A stretch of 38,825 nt of DNA. It comes from Candidatus Bathycorpusculum acidaminoxidans (lineage in GTDB: Archaea; Thermoproteota; Bathyarchaeia; Bathyarchaeales; Bathycorpusculaceae). The notes under the pieces are model-generated. The model was not told the DNA's origin. It saw only the letters and a program-made list of their open reading frames with translations, and made no database searches. Shown in pieces: positions 20,572-30,407 of this stretch. The position numbers were made by a program, and so were the translations under genes. Where the stretch lies: the NCBI GenBank assembly GCA_009786255.1, contig WQTO01000212.1:1-38825 (forward strand), given 5' to 3'. How positions within the stretch are numbered: position 1 is the stretch's first letter; every line of letters starts with the position of its first letter.

Positions 20572-21882
20572 ATGAAAAACTCTGCGACTGAACAATCAGG
20601 TGTCTATGATTTAAGAACAAATTGGCCGCCTTATACTTACAGAGATTACCCAGAGATTAAGCCTGAAGCATATAAGGCTTTTTTGGATTTTTTAGATACA
20701 GAAAACACGTCAAACCGTTTAATGGAGTTACAGCCGTGGGTATCCATCTGTGACTCTAGATGCTCCTTCTGTTATTTTCCAACCACTGCTACAAGTAAAG
20801 CACGTATAGAGCCATATCTTGTAGCGTTAAAAAAAGAGTTAGACATGTACGCGAAAACTCGATATCTGCAAACAAGCGTTTTTGACGAAATAGTTCTAGG
20901 TGGCGGAACACCAAGCGTTTTAACCGCTGAACAAATGATTGACCTAATTGAATACTGTAAAGCACACTTCAATGTAACAGATGAGTATTTCATAAAAGTT
21001 ACAGGGTCATCAAAAAGTTTTGACCGCCACAAAATCGTGAAACTTGCCGAATACGGTACATTCCAAATGGATATGGGCGCTCAAACTTTTGATAACGACT
21101 TACGGAAAGCATTCTGTCTACCTGATCCAGCAGAACAAGTTGAAGAGGCAATAAAACTTGCACGTAAACTAGGTATGTGTGTTTGTGCAGACATTCTCTA
21201 CAATCTCCCAGGTCAAACTATGCAAGCATGGGAAAACACGCTTAAAAAATGCATTGACTTAGACATTGAAGTTGATGTCTACGCGTTAGAAGTTGTTCCA
21301 GGCACCATATTAGATATGCAGATAAAAGCAGGTAAAATGCCGCCTCCAGGTAACGTAGAGCAAGAGACGCAAATGTACTTAAAAGCATACGAAATGTTAA
21401 CCGATGCAGGATACAAAGCCGTCGGACATGATAGATTCTCCCGTGAACCGTGGCATTTCAAAGAATCCTGTCTTAACGGTTGGCCATTTGCGGCACAGTT
21501 AACAACTGGCGCAGGTTGCTTTATGGGTTACTTTGAAGAGTTTTCGTACTCCAACATTGAAGACATTAACCAATACATGGATGCTGTAAACGCAGGCAGA
21601 TTACCAATCAACAAAATCAGCGAGTCCACACCTGAGGAAATGATGCGTAAAGTAATGACACGACTCTATCTACGCTTACCAGTTGATAAAATCGAATTCA
21701 AAAAGAAATTTGACAAAAACCCCGAAGACGTCTTTGGTCCACAACTAAAACGGCTCGTCGAAAAAGACTTGTTAACAATTGATGACAAAGAAATCAAAAT
21801 CACCAAACTAGGTGACATCTGGAAAGGCAATATAGCATGGGAATTTGCAGATAACCCACGCGCCAAAAACATGCTCAAATAA
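20572..21882 (+). CDS. HemN-like (class C) radical SAM protein
   Basis: CDSRCSFC, LGGGTPS, GAQTFD, YNLPGQT and GAG motifs plus HemN_C-like tail; SD aggag at 20561. Confidence 0.88.
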   Translation: MKNSATEQSGVYDLRTNWPPYTYRDYPEIKPEAYKAFLDFLDTENTSNRLMELQPWVSICDSRCSFCYFPTTATSKARIEPYLVALKKELDMYAKTRYLQTSVFDEIVLGGGTPSVLTAEQMIDLIEYCKAHFNVTDEYFIKVTGSSKSFDRHKIVKLAEYGTFQMDMGAQTFDNDLRKAFCLPDPAEQVEEAIKLARKLGMCVCADILYNLPGQTMQAWENTLKKCIDLDIEVDVYALEVVPGTILDMQIKAGKMPPPGNVEQETQMYLKAYEMLTDAGYKAVGHDRFSREPWHFKESCLNGWPFAAQLTTGAGCFMGYFEEFSYSNIEDINQYMDAVNAGRLPINKISESTPEEMMRKVMTRLYLRLPVDKIEFKKKFDKNPEDVFGPQLKRLVEKDLLTIDDKEIKITKLGDIWKGNIAWEFADNPRAKNMLK

Positions 21883-22229
21883 CACGCCTCAGCATCATCA
21901 TTTTTTATTTATTTATTTTTATTATTTTTCAAGCCATACGCAGTATGGTTAACCTTCACAAGTCGCTAAAAAATACTCTAATCACTTAAAAACCGTAAAA
22001 TCTCAAAATTTTTCTGAAAAATGATTAAACACGGGTTACATAATCTCCTTATGCACTTGTTAGAAAATGATTAAATAAAAATCGAAATCAAAAATAAAAC
22101 CCTTATTTTAACCATATAAAACCGTATGAGGTTAAAAGCAAGAATTTAGAATAACACTATAAAACATAAACATTGCTAAACACCGCATTTTTCAGAGTAG
22201 CGACTTTGATAGAGAAAACAAGAGAGTTA

Positions 22230-23351
22230 TTACGGAGCTAACAATTTTTTTAATTCGTCTACGAGTTTTTGATTGTCTTTATCTGAACGTACTGTGACGC
22301 GGAAGTATGTGTTATCTAAACCTACAAAGGTGCAGCAATCTCGGATTAGCATACACATTTTGGCGAGTTCCTCTTTAATTTTTGTGGAAGTTAGATTTTT
22401 TGACGTTATTTTTACAAGTAAAAAGTTTGTATCAGAGGGGAAAACTTGCAAACCGGGAATTGCGCCAAGTTGTTTTGCAAAATTTATACGTTCTTGGTTG
22501 ATTGTTTGTTTGGTTTTCTCTATGAACTCTTTATCACTAAAAGCAGCTAAAGTAACAAAACCAGCAAGACTGTTTATACTCCAAGGTTGTCGTACATCTA
22601 GTAATTTGTCAATTAAACTTTTAGCGGCAACACCATAACCAAAACGTATACCGGGCATACCGTAAAATTTGGTTACAGAACGAATAACAAACAGATTACT
22701 ATATTTGTTTACGTAGCCAGCCATTGTTTCAGTTAGTTCTTTGTTAGTGAATTCAATATAGTTTTCATCTATGCTAAAAATTACATCTTTTTTTTGGCAG
22801 TACTCCACAAGATCAAGAATTTCGTCTTTAAGATACAGTCTACCCGACGGGCTATGGGGATTGCATATGGAAACGATTTTAGTATCATGGGTTATAGCTT
22901 TTTTGATTTTTTCGTTTTCCATGCTAAAATCAGGAGGTAATTGTACGTAAATTGTTTGTCCACCTAAGCGTAGTGCAGCTTTTTCATATTCAGTAAATGA
23001 GGGTACGGGCACTACTGCGTTAAAGTTAGTTTTTGAGAAAATTTCAGTAATCATGTAAATAAGTTCAATTGACCCATTGCCTAGTATGATATTGTCGGCA
23101 GTTACACTTGGTTGATTGACATATTCAGCTATACGTTTGCATAATTCGACAGGGTTAGGGTCAGGATAGAAACGGATCAATTTAGCGTTTTCTTTTACGG
23201 CTTCTAAAGCCTTTGGTGAAGGCCCAAGATGGTTTATAGGTCCGCTAAAATCAAGTGCTTCTTCTATGGGGATATTGTATTTTCGGGCAAATCCCCAAAC
23301 GTCTCCGCCATGGCTTACAAATCTGCGTTCTCTACACTCTGTATTGGTCAA
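22230..23351 (-). CDS. cobD: L-threonine-O-3-phosphate decarboxylase (CobD; PLP class I/II aminotransferase fold)
   Basis: HGGD, LDFS..IN..GP, YPDP, GNGS.ELI, CNP.SP.G, RSVTKFYGMPGIRFGY, PWSIN and IRDC..F.GL...YFRV motifs; cob context favours CobD over HisC. Confidence 0.85.
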   Translation of the reverse strand: MTNTECRERRFVSHGGDVWGFARKYNIPIEEALDFSGPINHLGPSPKALEAVKENAKLIRFYPDPNPVELCKRIAEYVNQPSVTADNIILGNGSIELIYMITEIFSKTNFNAVVPVPSFTEYEKAALRLGGQTIYVQLPPDFSMENEKIKKAITHDTKIVSICNPHSPSGRLYLKDEILDLVEYCQKKDVIFSIDENYIEFTNKELTETMAGYVNKYSNLFVIRSVTKFYGMPGIRFGYGVAAKSLIDKLLDVRQPWSINSLAGFVTLAAFSDKEFIEKTKQTINQERINFAKQLGAIPGLQVFPSDTNFLLVKITSKNLTSTKIKEELAKMCMLIRDCCTFVGLDNTYFRVTVRSDKDNQKLVDELKKLLAP

Positions 23352-23889
23352 CTTTTTTTTCCTCCATCAGACTTGAAAGTTTTTTCTCTACTTGTAAATG
23401 CGCTTTATAATGCGCGTTATATTGATTAACTATTTTGTATAGCCAGTAAATTACTCCAAAGCCTAATGTCACTATAGTAAGTATTACGTATGTTTTTATG
23501 GGTATCGTCTGTGTCATAAATATGCGTTCTGGGAAAACTTGAGCAAGAAATTTTTCCTGTTCAGCTTCATGTAAAACTAGGTCTTTGGATAGTAAATATG
23601 TTATTATAAAAACTGGAAAAACTAGGAGAATCGCGGCGGTCCAAATTTTTGCGTTTATCTCACGCTGTTGATGATTTGTTTTTGGTACTGTTTTATTTTG
23701 ACTTTGCAAATAGTTTGTTACTTGTTCTCGGATGAGTTCTTCTTTTTTGAAGTGTCGATTTCTGTTTTCAATTAAACGATAAATCATGGGAAAAAATGCT
23801 ACGCCAAATGTGACTATGGCACTTAAGAACCACATGGAAAACCAGACTTTTCGGTCACTTACAAGTGAAGTAAATTTTTGAGATTCCAT
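23332..23889 (-). CDS. Membrane protein with internal duplication (DUF4234-like)
   Basis: Two similar segments, LSAIVTFGVAFFPMIYRLIENRNRHF and LTIVTLGFGVIYWLYKIVNQYNAHY; overlaps the cobD start. Confidence 0.7.
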   Translation of the reverse strand: MESQKFTSLVSDRKVWFSMWFLSAIVTFGVAFFPMIYRLIENRNRHFKKEELIREQVTNYLQSQNKTVPKTNHQQREINAKIWTAAILLVFPVFIITYLLSKDLVLHEAEQEKFLAQVFPERIFMTQTIPIKTYVILTIVTLGFGVIYWLYKIVNQYNAHYKAHLQVEKKLSSLMEEKKVDQYRV

Positions 23890-23934
23890 GTAATCATCAA
23901 TTCATCCAAATTGTTTGATATAATGTTGGAGTAG

Positions 23935-23948
23935 CCAAACTTTATAAG
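23935..23948 (+). promoter_or_regulatory. Putative TATA box of the glycosyltransferase operon
   Basis: ccaaac-tttataag about 26 bp upstream of ATG 23974, consistent with a short-leader or leaderless archaeal transcript. Confidence 0.45.
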
Positions 23949-23973
23949 CTCTTCCATTTAGGTCTATAAGTAT

Positions 23974-24675
23974 ATGAGTCATAGTCAAATGATGATTTCC
24001 ATTATCATTCCATTGTACAATGAAGAACAAACCATAGGGAACGTAATTGAGCGTGTTCAAACGGTCATGAAGCAAATTGGTTTAAAATATGAAATTATAG
24101 TGGTTGATGATCATTCCTTTGATAATTCTCTTGTTGTTGCTAAGAGATATCCAGTACGGCTATACAGTTTAATAGTGCATGTAGGAAAGGGCGGAGGGTT
24201 ACGGGCAGGATTTACTAAGGCTAAAGGTGACGTGATCGTAACAATTGACTCAGATGGGTCACATCTTCCCGAAGAGTTGCCAGGACTGCTTTGCCCTGTT
24301 TTGAACAATCAGGCAGATCTTGTTATTGGCTCGCGATATCTATGTCAAAAAAATGCAGTAGCTAAGAAACTGAACATGTTTGGTGTTAAAGTTTTTAATT
24401 CCATTATTCAAATGTTTACAGGCGTACGCGTTACGGATTCTCAGTCAGGATATAGAGTGATGAAACGAAAAGTTCTTGATGTGCAACATTTAAAATCGTG
24501 TGGATATGAAATTGAAACAGAAATGTTAGTGAAAACTGCTAAAAGCCGTTATCGAGTGTTTGAAGTGCCGATAAGTTTTGAGCAACGCACATATGGCGTA
24601 TCAGGTATTGACTACTTGCATGATGTTTTTAGGATATTTGTTGCTATAATTTCAGCTTGGTTAAGGAAGGTGTAA
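23974..24675 (+). CDS. GT2 glycosyltransferase (DPM synthase-like)
   Basis: SIIIPLYNEE, VVDDHSFD, GKG, DSDGSH, GSR and TDSQSGYR motifs. Confidence 0.92.
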   Translation: MSHSQMMISIIIPLYNEEQTIGNVIERVQTVMKQIGLKYEIIVVDDHSFDNSLVVAKRYPVRLYSLIVHVGKGGGLRAGFTKAKGDVIVTIDSDGSHLPEELPGLLCPVLNNQADLVIGSRYLCQKNAVAKKLNMFGVKVFNSIIQMFTGVRVTDSQSGYRVMKRKVLDVQHLKSCGYEIETEMLVKTAKSRYRVFEVPISFEQRTYGVSGIDYLHDVFRIFVAIISAWLRKV

Positions 24676-25667
24676 GTTTGCCTGACGCTTTACCTAAAAT
24701 TTCGGTGATTGTATCTTCAATGAACAATGAGGAGACAATTGAGGAATGCATACAGGCGTTGTTGGGACAGAATTATCCGCAGAATCATTTAGAAATTATT
24801 TTAGTAGATGGCGGCTCAAAAGATAAAACAGTACAAATTGCCAAAAAATATCCGATTAAAATTTATCAAGTTGCTCTAAATTGTCCTGCAGCATATAATT
24901 ATGCACAAAAACTTGCGTGTCACCCAATTTTGGGTTTTGTAGACTCTGATGCTAAAGTTGAAGAGAATTGGTTAAAAAAACTGGTCTCACGTATAGACGA
25001 GCCAGATGTTGGAGGAGTTAGTGGCTCTATTGATACATGGAATACCAATAATCTCTGGGCAAGAAGCATAGGGTATGAATTGAAGACACGTTACCGTCGT
25101 ATTGGCAGATATACTAAACGTATAGCAACTATGAATTTATTACTTAAACGCTCCGTTCTTGAAGAAGTGGGAGGTTGGGCAGAAAACATGCCAAGCCAAT
25201 ACGACACAGAATTCGGCCACAGATTAACTTTAAAAGGCTATAAAATTGCTTATGAAAAAACCTCAGTGTGCTATCATTTTAATAGACCCACGCTTCAAAA
25301 GTTTTACCGACAACAACTTCAATATGGTAAAAACACCTTACGACTATACTTAAAACATAACAATTTGGCACATGGTGACGAAATTACAGATATAGGTATG
25401 AACATTCAACCAATTTGGCTTTTAGCCATAGTGACTAGTTTCTTGTTAGGTGCAGTGCCATTACTGCGACCTTTATGGTACTTGACAGGTGCCATGTTTT
25501 TTGTTTTGCTGATCTACTATGTTTATTTGGCAGGAAAAATTACTGTTGAATTCAAAGATAAAACAGCAATGTGCCTTATCATTCTTTACTATGTACGTTC
25601 TGCAGCATGGTTTAATGGCGCAATAATTACAACTATATCGTATCTTAGAGGTAAACTCTATGAATAA
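24657..25667 (+). CDS. GT2 glycosyltransferase with C-terminal TM helices
   Basis: ISVIV, VDGGSKDKT, FVDSD, EVGGW and FYRQQLQYG motifs; hydrophobic C-terminus. Start may be TTG near 24678. Confidence 0.9.
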   Translation: MVKEGVSLPDALPKISVIVSSMNNEETIEECIQALLGQNYPQNHLEIILVDGGSKDKTVQIAKKYPIKIYQVALNCPAAYNYAQKLACHPILGFVDSDAKVEENWLKKLVSRIDEPDVGGVSGSIDTWNTNNLWARSIGYELKTRYRRIGRYTKRIATMNLLLKRSVLEEVGGWAENMPSQYDTEFGHRLTLKGYKIAYEKTSVCYHFNRPTLQKFYRQQLQYGKNTLRLYLKHNNLAHGDEITDIGMNIQPIWLLAIVTSFLLGAVPLLRPLWYLTGAMFFVLLIYYVYLAGKITVEFKDKTAMCLIILYYVRSAAWFNGAIITTISYLRGKLYE

Positions 25668-26859
25668 TCAAAACATCTGCTTTGTCTCACCTGAATACTG
25701 GCCACTTGCCGGTGGCACAGGAGCATATATTTATTATCTTTCCAACGAGTTAATGAAAAACCGTTACAACATAAGCATCGTAACTGGAGCAAATCAAAAT
25801 TTTGACGTCCAAGTTAATAATCAACTTAGGGTATATTTTCAAAAAATTCCAAAAATACCTATAATAAAATCATTTATGCTAGCAGAGGCCAGCTACCGAA
25901 AACTTAACAGCATTCGTAATTCCACAAATATTGACATTACTCATCCACAGTTACCATTGACACCTAGCTTTGCAGTTCCACCTCATTTTGGAAAAAATCT
26001 AGTCTGCACAGTTCACTCCACCTGGAAAGGCGAAGCAGAGGCTATAAGTACTGAGCCCTATAGTCGCTTAAATGCAAATGAGAAATTTCTTGCAAGTTTT
26101 AACTGGTTTTTACGCTTCTTTGAAGTAGGAATGATCAAACGGGCCGACAAGGTCATTGCTGTTAGTGACTTTACACGTCAAGAACTAAAAAAATATTACA
26201 ACATACCTGAAAACCGTATACGTGTCATCCACAATGGCGTAGACACACACAAATTTCAACCTGCGAAAGATAAACAGAAAATAAAGGCTGAAATTGGATT
26301 AAACCCAGATGATACAGTAATTCTTTCAGTAGGCAGATTATACGCTAGAAAAGGCCTCTTTACGTTAATTGAAGCTATGCCATTAATAGTTAAACAATTT
26401 AAACGCGCCAAATTTGTCATTAGCGGCAAAGGCCAAAGTGATGAAATGGCAAAACTATATGCTCATGCAGAACGCTTAGGGGTTAGAGACAACATAATTT
26501 TTACGGGTTACTATCCTGACGAAAAATTGCCTAAACTTTATCAAGCCGCAGACGTCTTTGCATTTTCAACTTTTTATGAGCATCACCCCTTTGCAGTACT
26601 TGAAGCCCTTGCAACAGGATTACCAGTAGTTACAACAACTGTGGGAGGAATTGCTGAGACAATTAAAACAGGCAAAAACGGTTTGTTAGTAAAACCCGCT
26701 AATTCAAAACAGTTCTCCGAGGCCCTCTTGTATTTACTTGAACATCAAACAGAAGCAGCCGAAATGGGCATAAAAGCCCGCAAAACCATTGTTGAACAAT
26801 ACGACTGGAGCATCTTAGTAAAAGAGACCATGCAAGTCTATGAAAAAGTTTCCAAATAA
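25660..26859 (+). CDS. GT4 glycosyltransferase
   Basis: EYWPLAGG, TVH, AVS, VIHNGVD, VGRLYARKG and E-x7-E (EHHPFAVLE) motifs. Confidence 0.93.
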   Translation: MNNQNICFVSPEYWPLAGGTGAYIYYLSNELMKNRYNISIVTGANQNFDVQVNNQLRVYFQKIPKIPIIKSFMLAEASYRKLNSIRNSTNIDITHPQLPLTPSFAVPPHFGKNLVCTVHSTWKGEAEAISTEPYSRLNANEKFLASFNWFLRFFEVGMIKRADKVIAVSDFTRQELKKYYNIPENRIRVIHNGVDTHKFQPAKDKQKIKAEIGLNPDDTVILSVGRLYARKGLFTLIEAMPLIVKQFKRAKFVISGKGQSDEMAKLYAHAERLGVRDNIIFTGYYPDEKLPKLYQAADVFAFSTFYEHHPFAVLEALATGLPVVTTTVGGIAETIKTGKNGLLVKPANSKQFSEALLYLLEHQTEAAEMGIKARKTIVEQYDWSILVKETMQVYEKVSK

Positions 26860-26861
26860 CA

Positions 26862-27836
26862 CTAATTTTGTTCTTTAACGGGTTTACCTCTGTAGGTCAT
26901 AGTGATTTTTTGAAATAGTTGCACTATATCTAGAGAGCAAAACAACAATTTAGTGAGATACTCATGTTGGTAGATAATTATTTGGGCTTTAACGGGTAAA
27001 TCAATACACGGAGACTCGAACCGTCGAGCAACCGTGGGAACAGGCACGCCTTCCTCTTTAATGTTAATTTCGAGCAATCCAGTTTTTCGAGCGATATAAT
27101 TTAGATAAGTGTTTTCCCAGTTGAGCTTCATGATTTTTGTGGCTACAATATCTAATGCGAGAGCATCAACACTAGTTAACAAGAGATTCATTTTAACAGG
27201 TTTGCCTTTAGTTGGCCCATTTCCTTCAATACCTGTGCGTGCGTCCATTATTGTTAAAGCGGGTTTAAACAGTGTGTATAAGTGATAGAAAACCTCTGGC
27301 AAATATGGATGCAAATAAATACGTTTATTGCTAGGTATGCAACCAAACAGATTTTTAATTGCACCACTATAAGCCATGAATTCATGTGTTTTCATTAAGG
27401 GTAAATCGATCACAGCATCAGCGTTCAATATTGTTTTAGGTAAAAACAATCGTTTTACCGAAGTTTTGTTTCCAAAGTTTACTTCAACTATTTTGTCCTC
27501 TGAGAGATTAATTACGGTTCCACCTGCTTTTTCAACGGCTTTTTTCATACCTGTTTTATTAAAAGCTGTCCAACAGGGATAGTTAAAACCGTTAGATTCC
27601 CCTACTGCTATTATAACTTCACTGTTTTTATTACGCAGCAAACCAATTAATTGACTGGTTAACTCTGGATCTGTAACTACACCGGGCAAGTATTCGGGGT
27701 GACTTAAGTTGGGTTTAATGAAAATTTGTTTTTTACCCTGCAAGTTTGCGTTGGCAACGGCTTCTTTTAAAATATCATTTATGGAAGTGTCTTTTGCACT
27801 GTAGACTTTAACGGGGGTTACGGTTTTTGTTGTCAT
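26862..27836 (-). CDS. DUF362-family protein
   Basis: IKPN, TDP, GES, LP.MKTH, GAIKNLFG and G.EGNGP motifs; 4-bp overlap with the upstream rSAM. Confidence 0.85.
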   Translation of the reverse strand: MTTKTVTPVKVYSAKDTSINDILKEAVANANLQGKKQIFIKPNLSHPEYLPGVVTDPELTSQLIGLLRNKNSEVIIAVGESNGFNYPCWTAFNKTGMKKAVEKAGGTVINLSEDKIVEVNFGNKTSVKRLFLPKTILNADAVIDLPLMKTHEFMAYSGAIKNLFGCIPSNKRIYLHPYLPEVFYHLYTLFKPALTIMDARTGIEGNGPTKGKPVKMNLLLTSVDALALDIVATKIMKLNWENTYLNYIARKTGLLEINIKEEGVPVPTVARRFESPCIDLPVKAQIIIYQHEYLTKLLFCSLDIVQLFQKITMTYRGKPVKEQN

Positions 27837-29251
27837 TTGTTTTTTTCTCCCATAATGCAGCCGGGGTCACCGTTGAGGGTGTCACCGTTGTTATACGCAG
27901 CTGATCTAGCTCTGCAGCCTCCGCAGATGTATTTGTATGTACATTTACTACAGGATCCTTTCAAGTTAGAGCGGTTACGAAAAGCGTTAAATAAGGGTGC
28001 GTTGAGCCAAATATCTTTAAATGCTCGGGTTTTTAGATTACCAACATTTGTGGGTAAAAATACGCAAGGACGTATGTCACCTTGGGGAGAAATTGAACAG
28101 TAAAGTCTACCTGCACCGCAGCCTCCTATAAACTCGCCTAGAGGTACAGCTTTTTTGGTTACTTTTACGGTTTGCATATGTGCTAAAGCCATAGTGACCT
28201 CACCTGTGCCTGAGACTCCTTGACATTGAGCTGCGACACGCGCCAGTTGAGGTGCAGTGGCCAAAATTGTGGTTTTACAACCAGAGGACATACGATTTAG
28301 CAGATACCTCATAACTTCTTCACGTTCTTGAGGTGAGAGATCTTGGTCTACGTGATTTTTACCACGCCCAGCTGGAATAAAATTGAAATAGGTAAATCGT
28401 TCTACTTCCAATTGTTCAGCTAAGTCAATAATACCCGGCAATTCGGTTAGATTATTTTTGCCCACTGTTGTAGCTATACAAGTACAAATATCGGCTTCAA
28501 CACAATTTTTAAGACCAACAAGTGTTTTTTCAAATGCCCCGTTAATTCCTCGAAAGTCATCATGTGTCTTAGCGGTTGCACCATCGATACTTATGTCCAC
28601 ATAGTTAACTTTTGCTTCTTTGAGTTTTTGCACGTTTTCTTTAGTAAGTAAAGTACCATTTGATGCAAGAGAAACATATAATCCACGATCAGCTGCATAA
28701 CGAGCTATTTGGAAAAAGTCTTTACGAGTTAAAGGTTCTCCACCGCTAAACGCTAAAGCAGTAACATGTGCATCAGCAAGTTGATCTACAACAGCTAACG
28801 CCTGCTGAGTAGTTAATTCTTCCTCTTCAACCTCACCACTATTTGAATAACAATGCTTACAACGCAAATTACATTTGTGTGTAAAATCCCAAACTACTAG
28901 AAAGGGTGCACAAAGTGCCATAGGTTTTTTAATACCAAAATGCTCAAAAGACTCTACAAGATTTAGCACAGCATTTCGAGCGTACTTGTCTGTTAATAAT
29001 TGTTCTACTTTTACTCGTTTAAAACCTAGAGCTTTTCGTAAAAACTCTATCCAAAACGCGATGACCTTATTATAAATAGAACTACACGCCTCACACTGAC
29101 TACGGGTTTTTTTACCGTAATCATCCAACGCAGCCTCAAGAACACTACGTCCACATTTATTGCATTTACGAAGAGATAATCGAAGCATCTTTTTAGTCAT
29201 AGGCATGCTAACGATAGCATTCCAGAAAGTATCATAGCTAAGTATGCTCAT
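27833..29251 (-). CDS. Radical SAM/SPASM protein with Cys-rich N-terminal extension
   Basis: APFLVVWDFTHKCNLRCKHCY, FSGGEPL, SIDG and GCGAGR..PC; KGSCSKCTYKYICGGCRAR..DPGC; N-terminal CNKC...CEAC. Confidence 0.92.
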   Translation of the reverse strand: MSILSYDTFWNAIVSMPMTKKMLRLSLRKCNKCGRSVLEAALDDYGKKTRSQCEACSSIYNKVIAFWIEFLRKALGFKRVKVEQLLTDKYARNAVLNLVESFEHFGIKKPMALCAPFLVVWDFTHKCNLRCKHCYSNSGEVEEEELTTQQALAVVDQLADAHVTALAFSGGEPLTRKDFFQIARYAADRGLYVSLASNGTLLTKENVQKLKEAKVNYVDISIDGATAKTHDDFRGINGAFEKTLVGLKNCVEADICTCIATTVGKNNLTELPGIIDLAEQLEVERFTYFNFIPAGRGKNHVDQDLSPQEREEVMRYLLNRMSSGCKTTILATAPQLARVAAQCQGVSGTGEVTMALAHMQTVKVTKKAVPLGEFIGGCGAGRLYCSISPQGDIRPCVFLPTNVGNLKTRAFKDIWLNAPLFNAFRNRSNLKGSCSKCTYKYICGGCRARSAAYNNGDTLNGDPGCIMGEKNK

Positions 29252-29626
29252 ACAAGCGTTCTCCTATCTCAAGTAAATACTTGTATGTAGAGATGTTAAA
29301 TATTTCCCTATAAACACGTATCTTACTGCACTACAGTTTTGTAGATACGTTTAAACAAATGAAAAACAGTCTCACCAAAGCATGGACATAGAGTTGAATG
29401 CATGCATGTTATTTTTCAAAAAAGTAAGAAGAAGAAAACTTTGAGTGCGATAACAAATAACGAGTTAAACATTCTTCACTAATTTTCTCCTAAGGATCAG
29501 TTAACAAATAACTCTGACAAAAGTTTGACAGAAAATGATATTTTCCAAAAATGTCAGAGTGCCCTGCTCTTAAGTGTTAATTTACTTTTGAACTGATTTT
29601 TCCGTGGTATATTCCAATTTTGTGTG

Positions 29627-30064
29627 TTAAAAAGCTAGTTTTGTGTTTTGCAACGCTTTTCTAAGGGTATCTCCGATAATGGCTCCGACAATCCACGAGA
29701 TAATAAAAAAAGATATACGAAAAAATGTCGGTAGAGGACCTATGAGTACTGTAACGATAACTAACAGTATGCTTGCAAAGAAAAAACCCAAAGCAGCTGC
29801 CATTAGTATCCTACCATCAGTGGTTAAAGTATTTAATCTGTCGCGTCTGAATTTGCTATCATAGACTTTGATATTGGATTTGCGCATAATATGTCGTAAC
29901 ACAAAGATAATGATAAGTCCAGAAATAAATGATATTAGTGCAAAAAGAAGGTTATAATCTACACGGGTAAAATAGTAAACAAGCGCCATAAGCACTAAAG
30001 TAGCGACCAACTCAACTACAAAACCAATACCTTTATTCATATTCAAATTCAGTCTAACACCCAT
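29627..30064 (-). CDS. Small 4-TM hypothetical membrane protein
   Basis: 145-aa ORF with four hydrophobic segments; no recognisable motif. Confidence 0.55.
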   Translation of the reverse strand: MGVRLNLNMNKGIGFVVELVATLVLMALVYYFTRVDYNLLFALISFISGLIIIFVLRHIMRKSNIKVYDSKFRRDRLNTLTTDGRILMAAALGFFFASILLVIVTVLIGPLPTFFRISFFIISWIVGAIIGDTLRKALQNTKLAF

Positions 30065-30407
30065 TGAGCATCTTTTCAGAAAAAGACATATATATATTGG
30101 TAAAAGCTAAACATTAGTACGATTAATTTACGCATATCTTTAGCAAGATAAGGCAATATTGCACATAGTTTTTATGTAGCACTAAACAGATACGTATTCA
30201 ATTAAAAATTGCTCTTGAATAAGTTATAGCAGCCATTACAATAACGTCATAAATATCCATAACACAAGGTGAAAGTTAAAAATTATTTAGTAACAGCCCC
30301 TAAACTGATCTTATGGGCTTAAAGTTAAAAGGGTTATATTACAAAAACGCGGATGCAATTATGTGTGATAAATAAAATACATAAAAAATTAAACTCCAAA
30401 AAAAGAG

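Noticed and set aside
22230-23351. Histidinol-phosphate aminotransferase (hisC) call
   Set aside because: HGG, DFS and IRDC motifs plus the cob context favour CobD, and no his genes are nearby.
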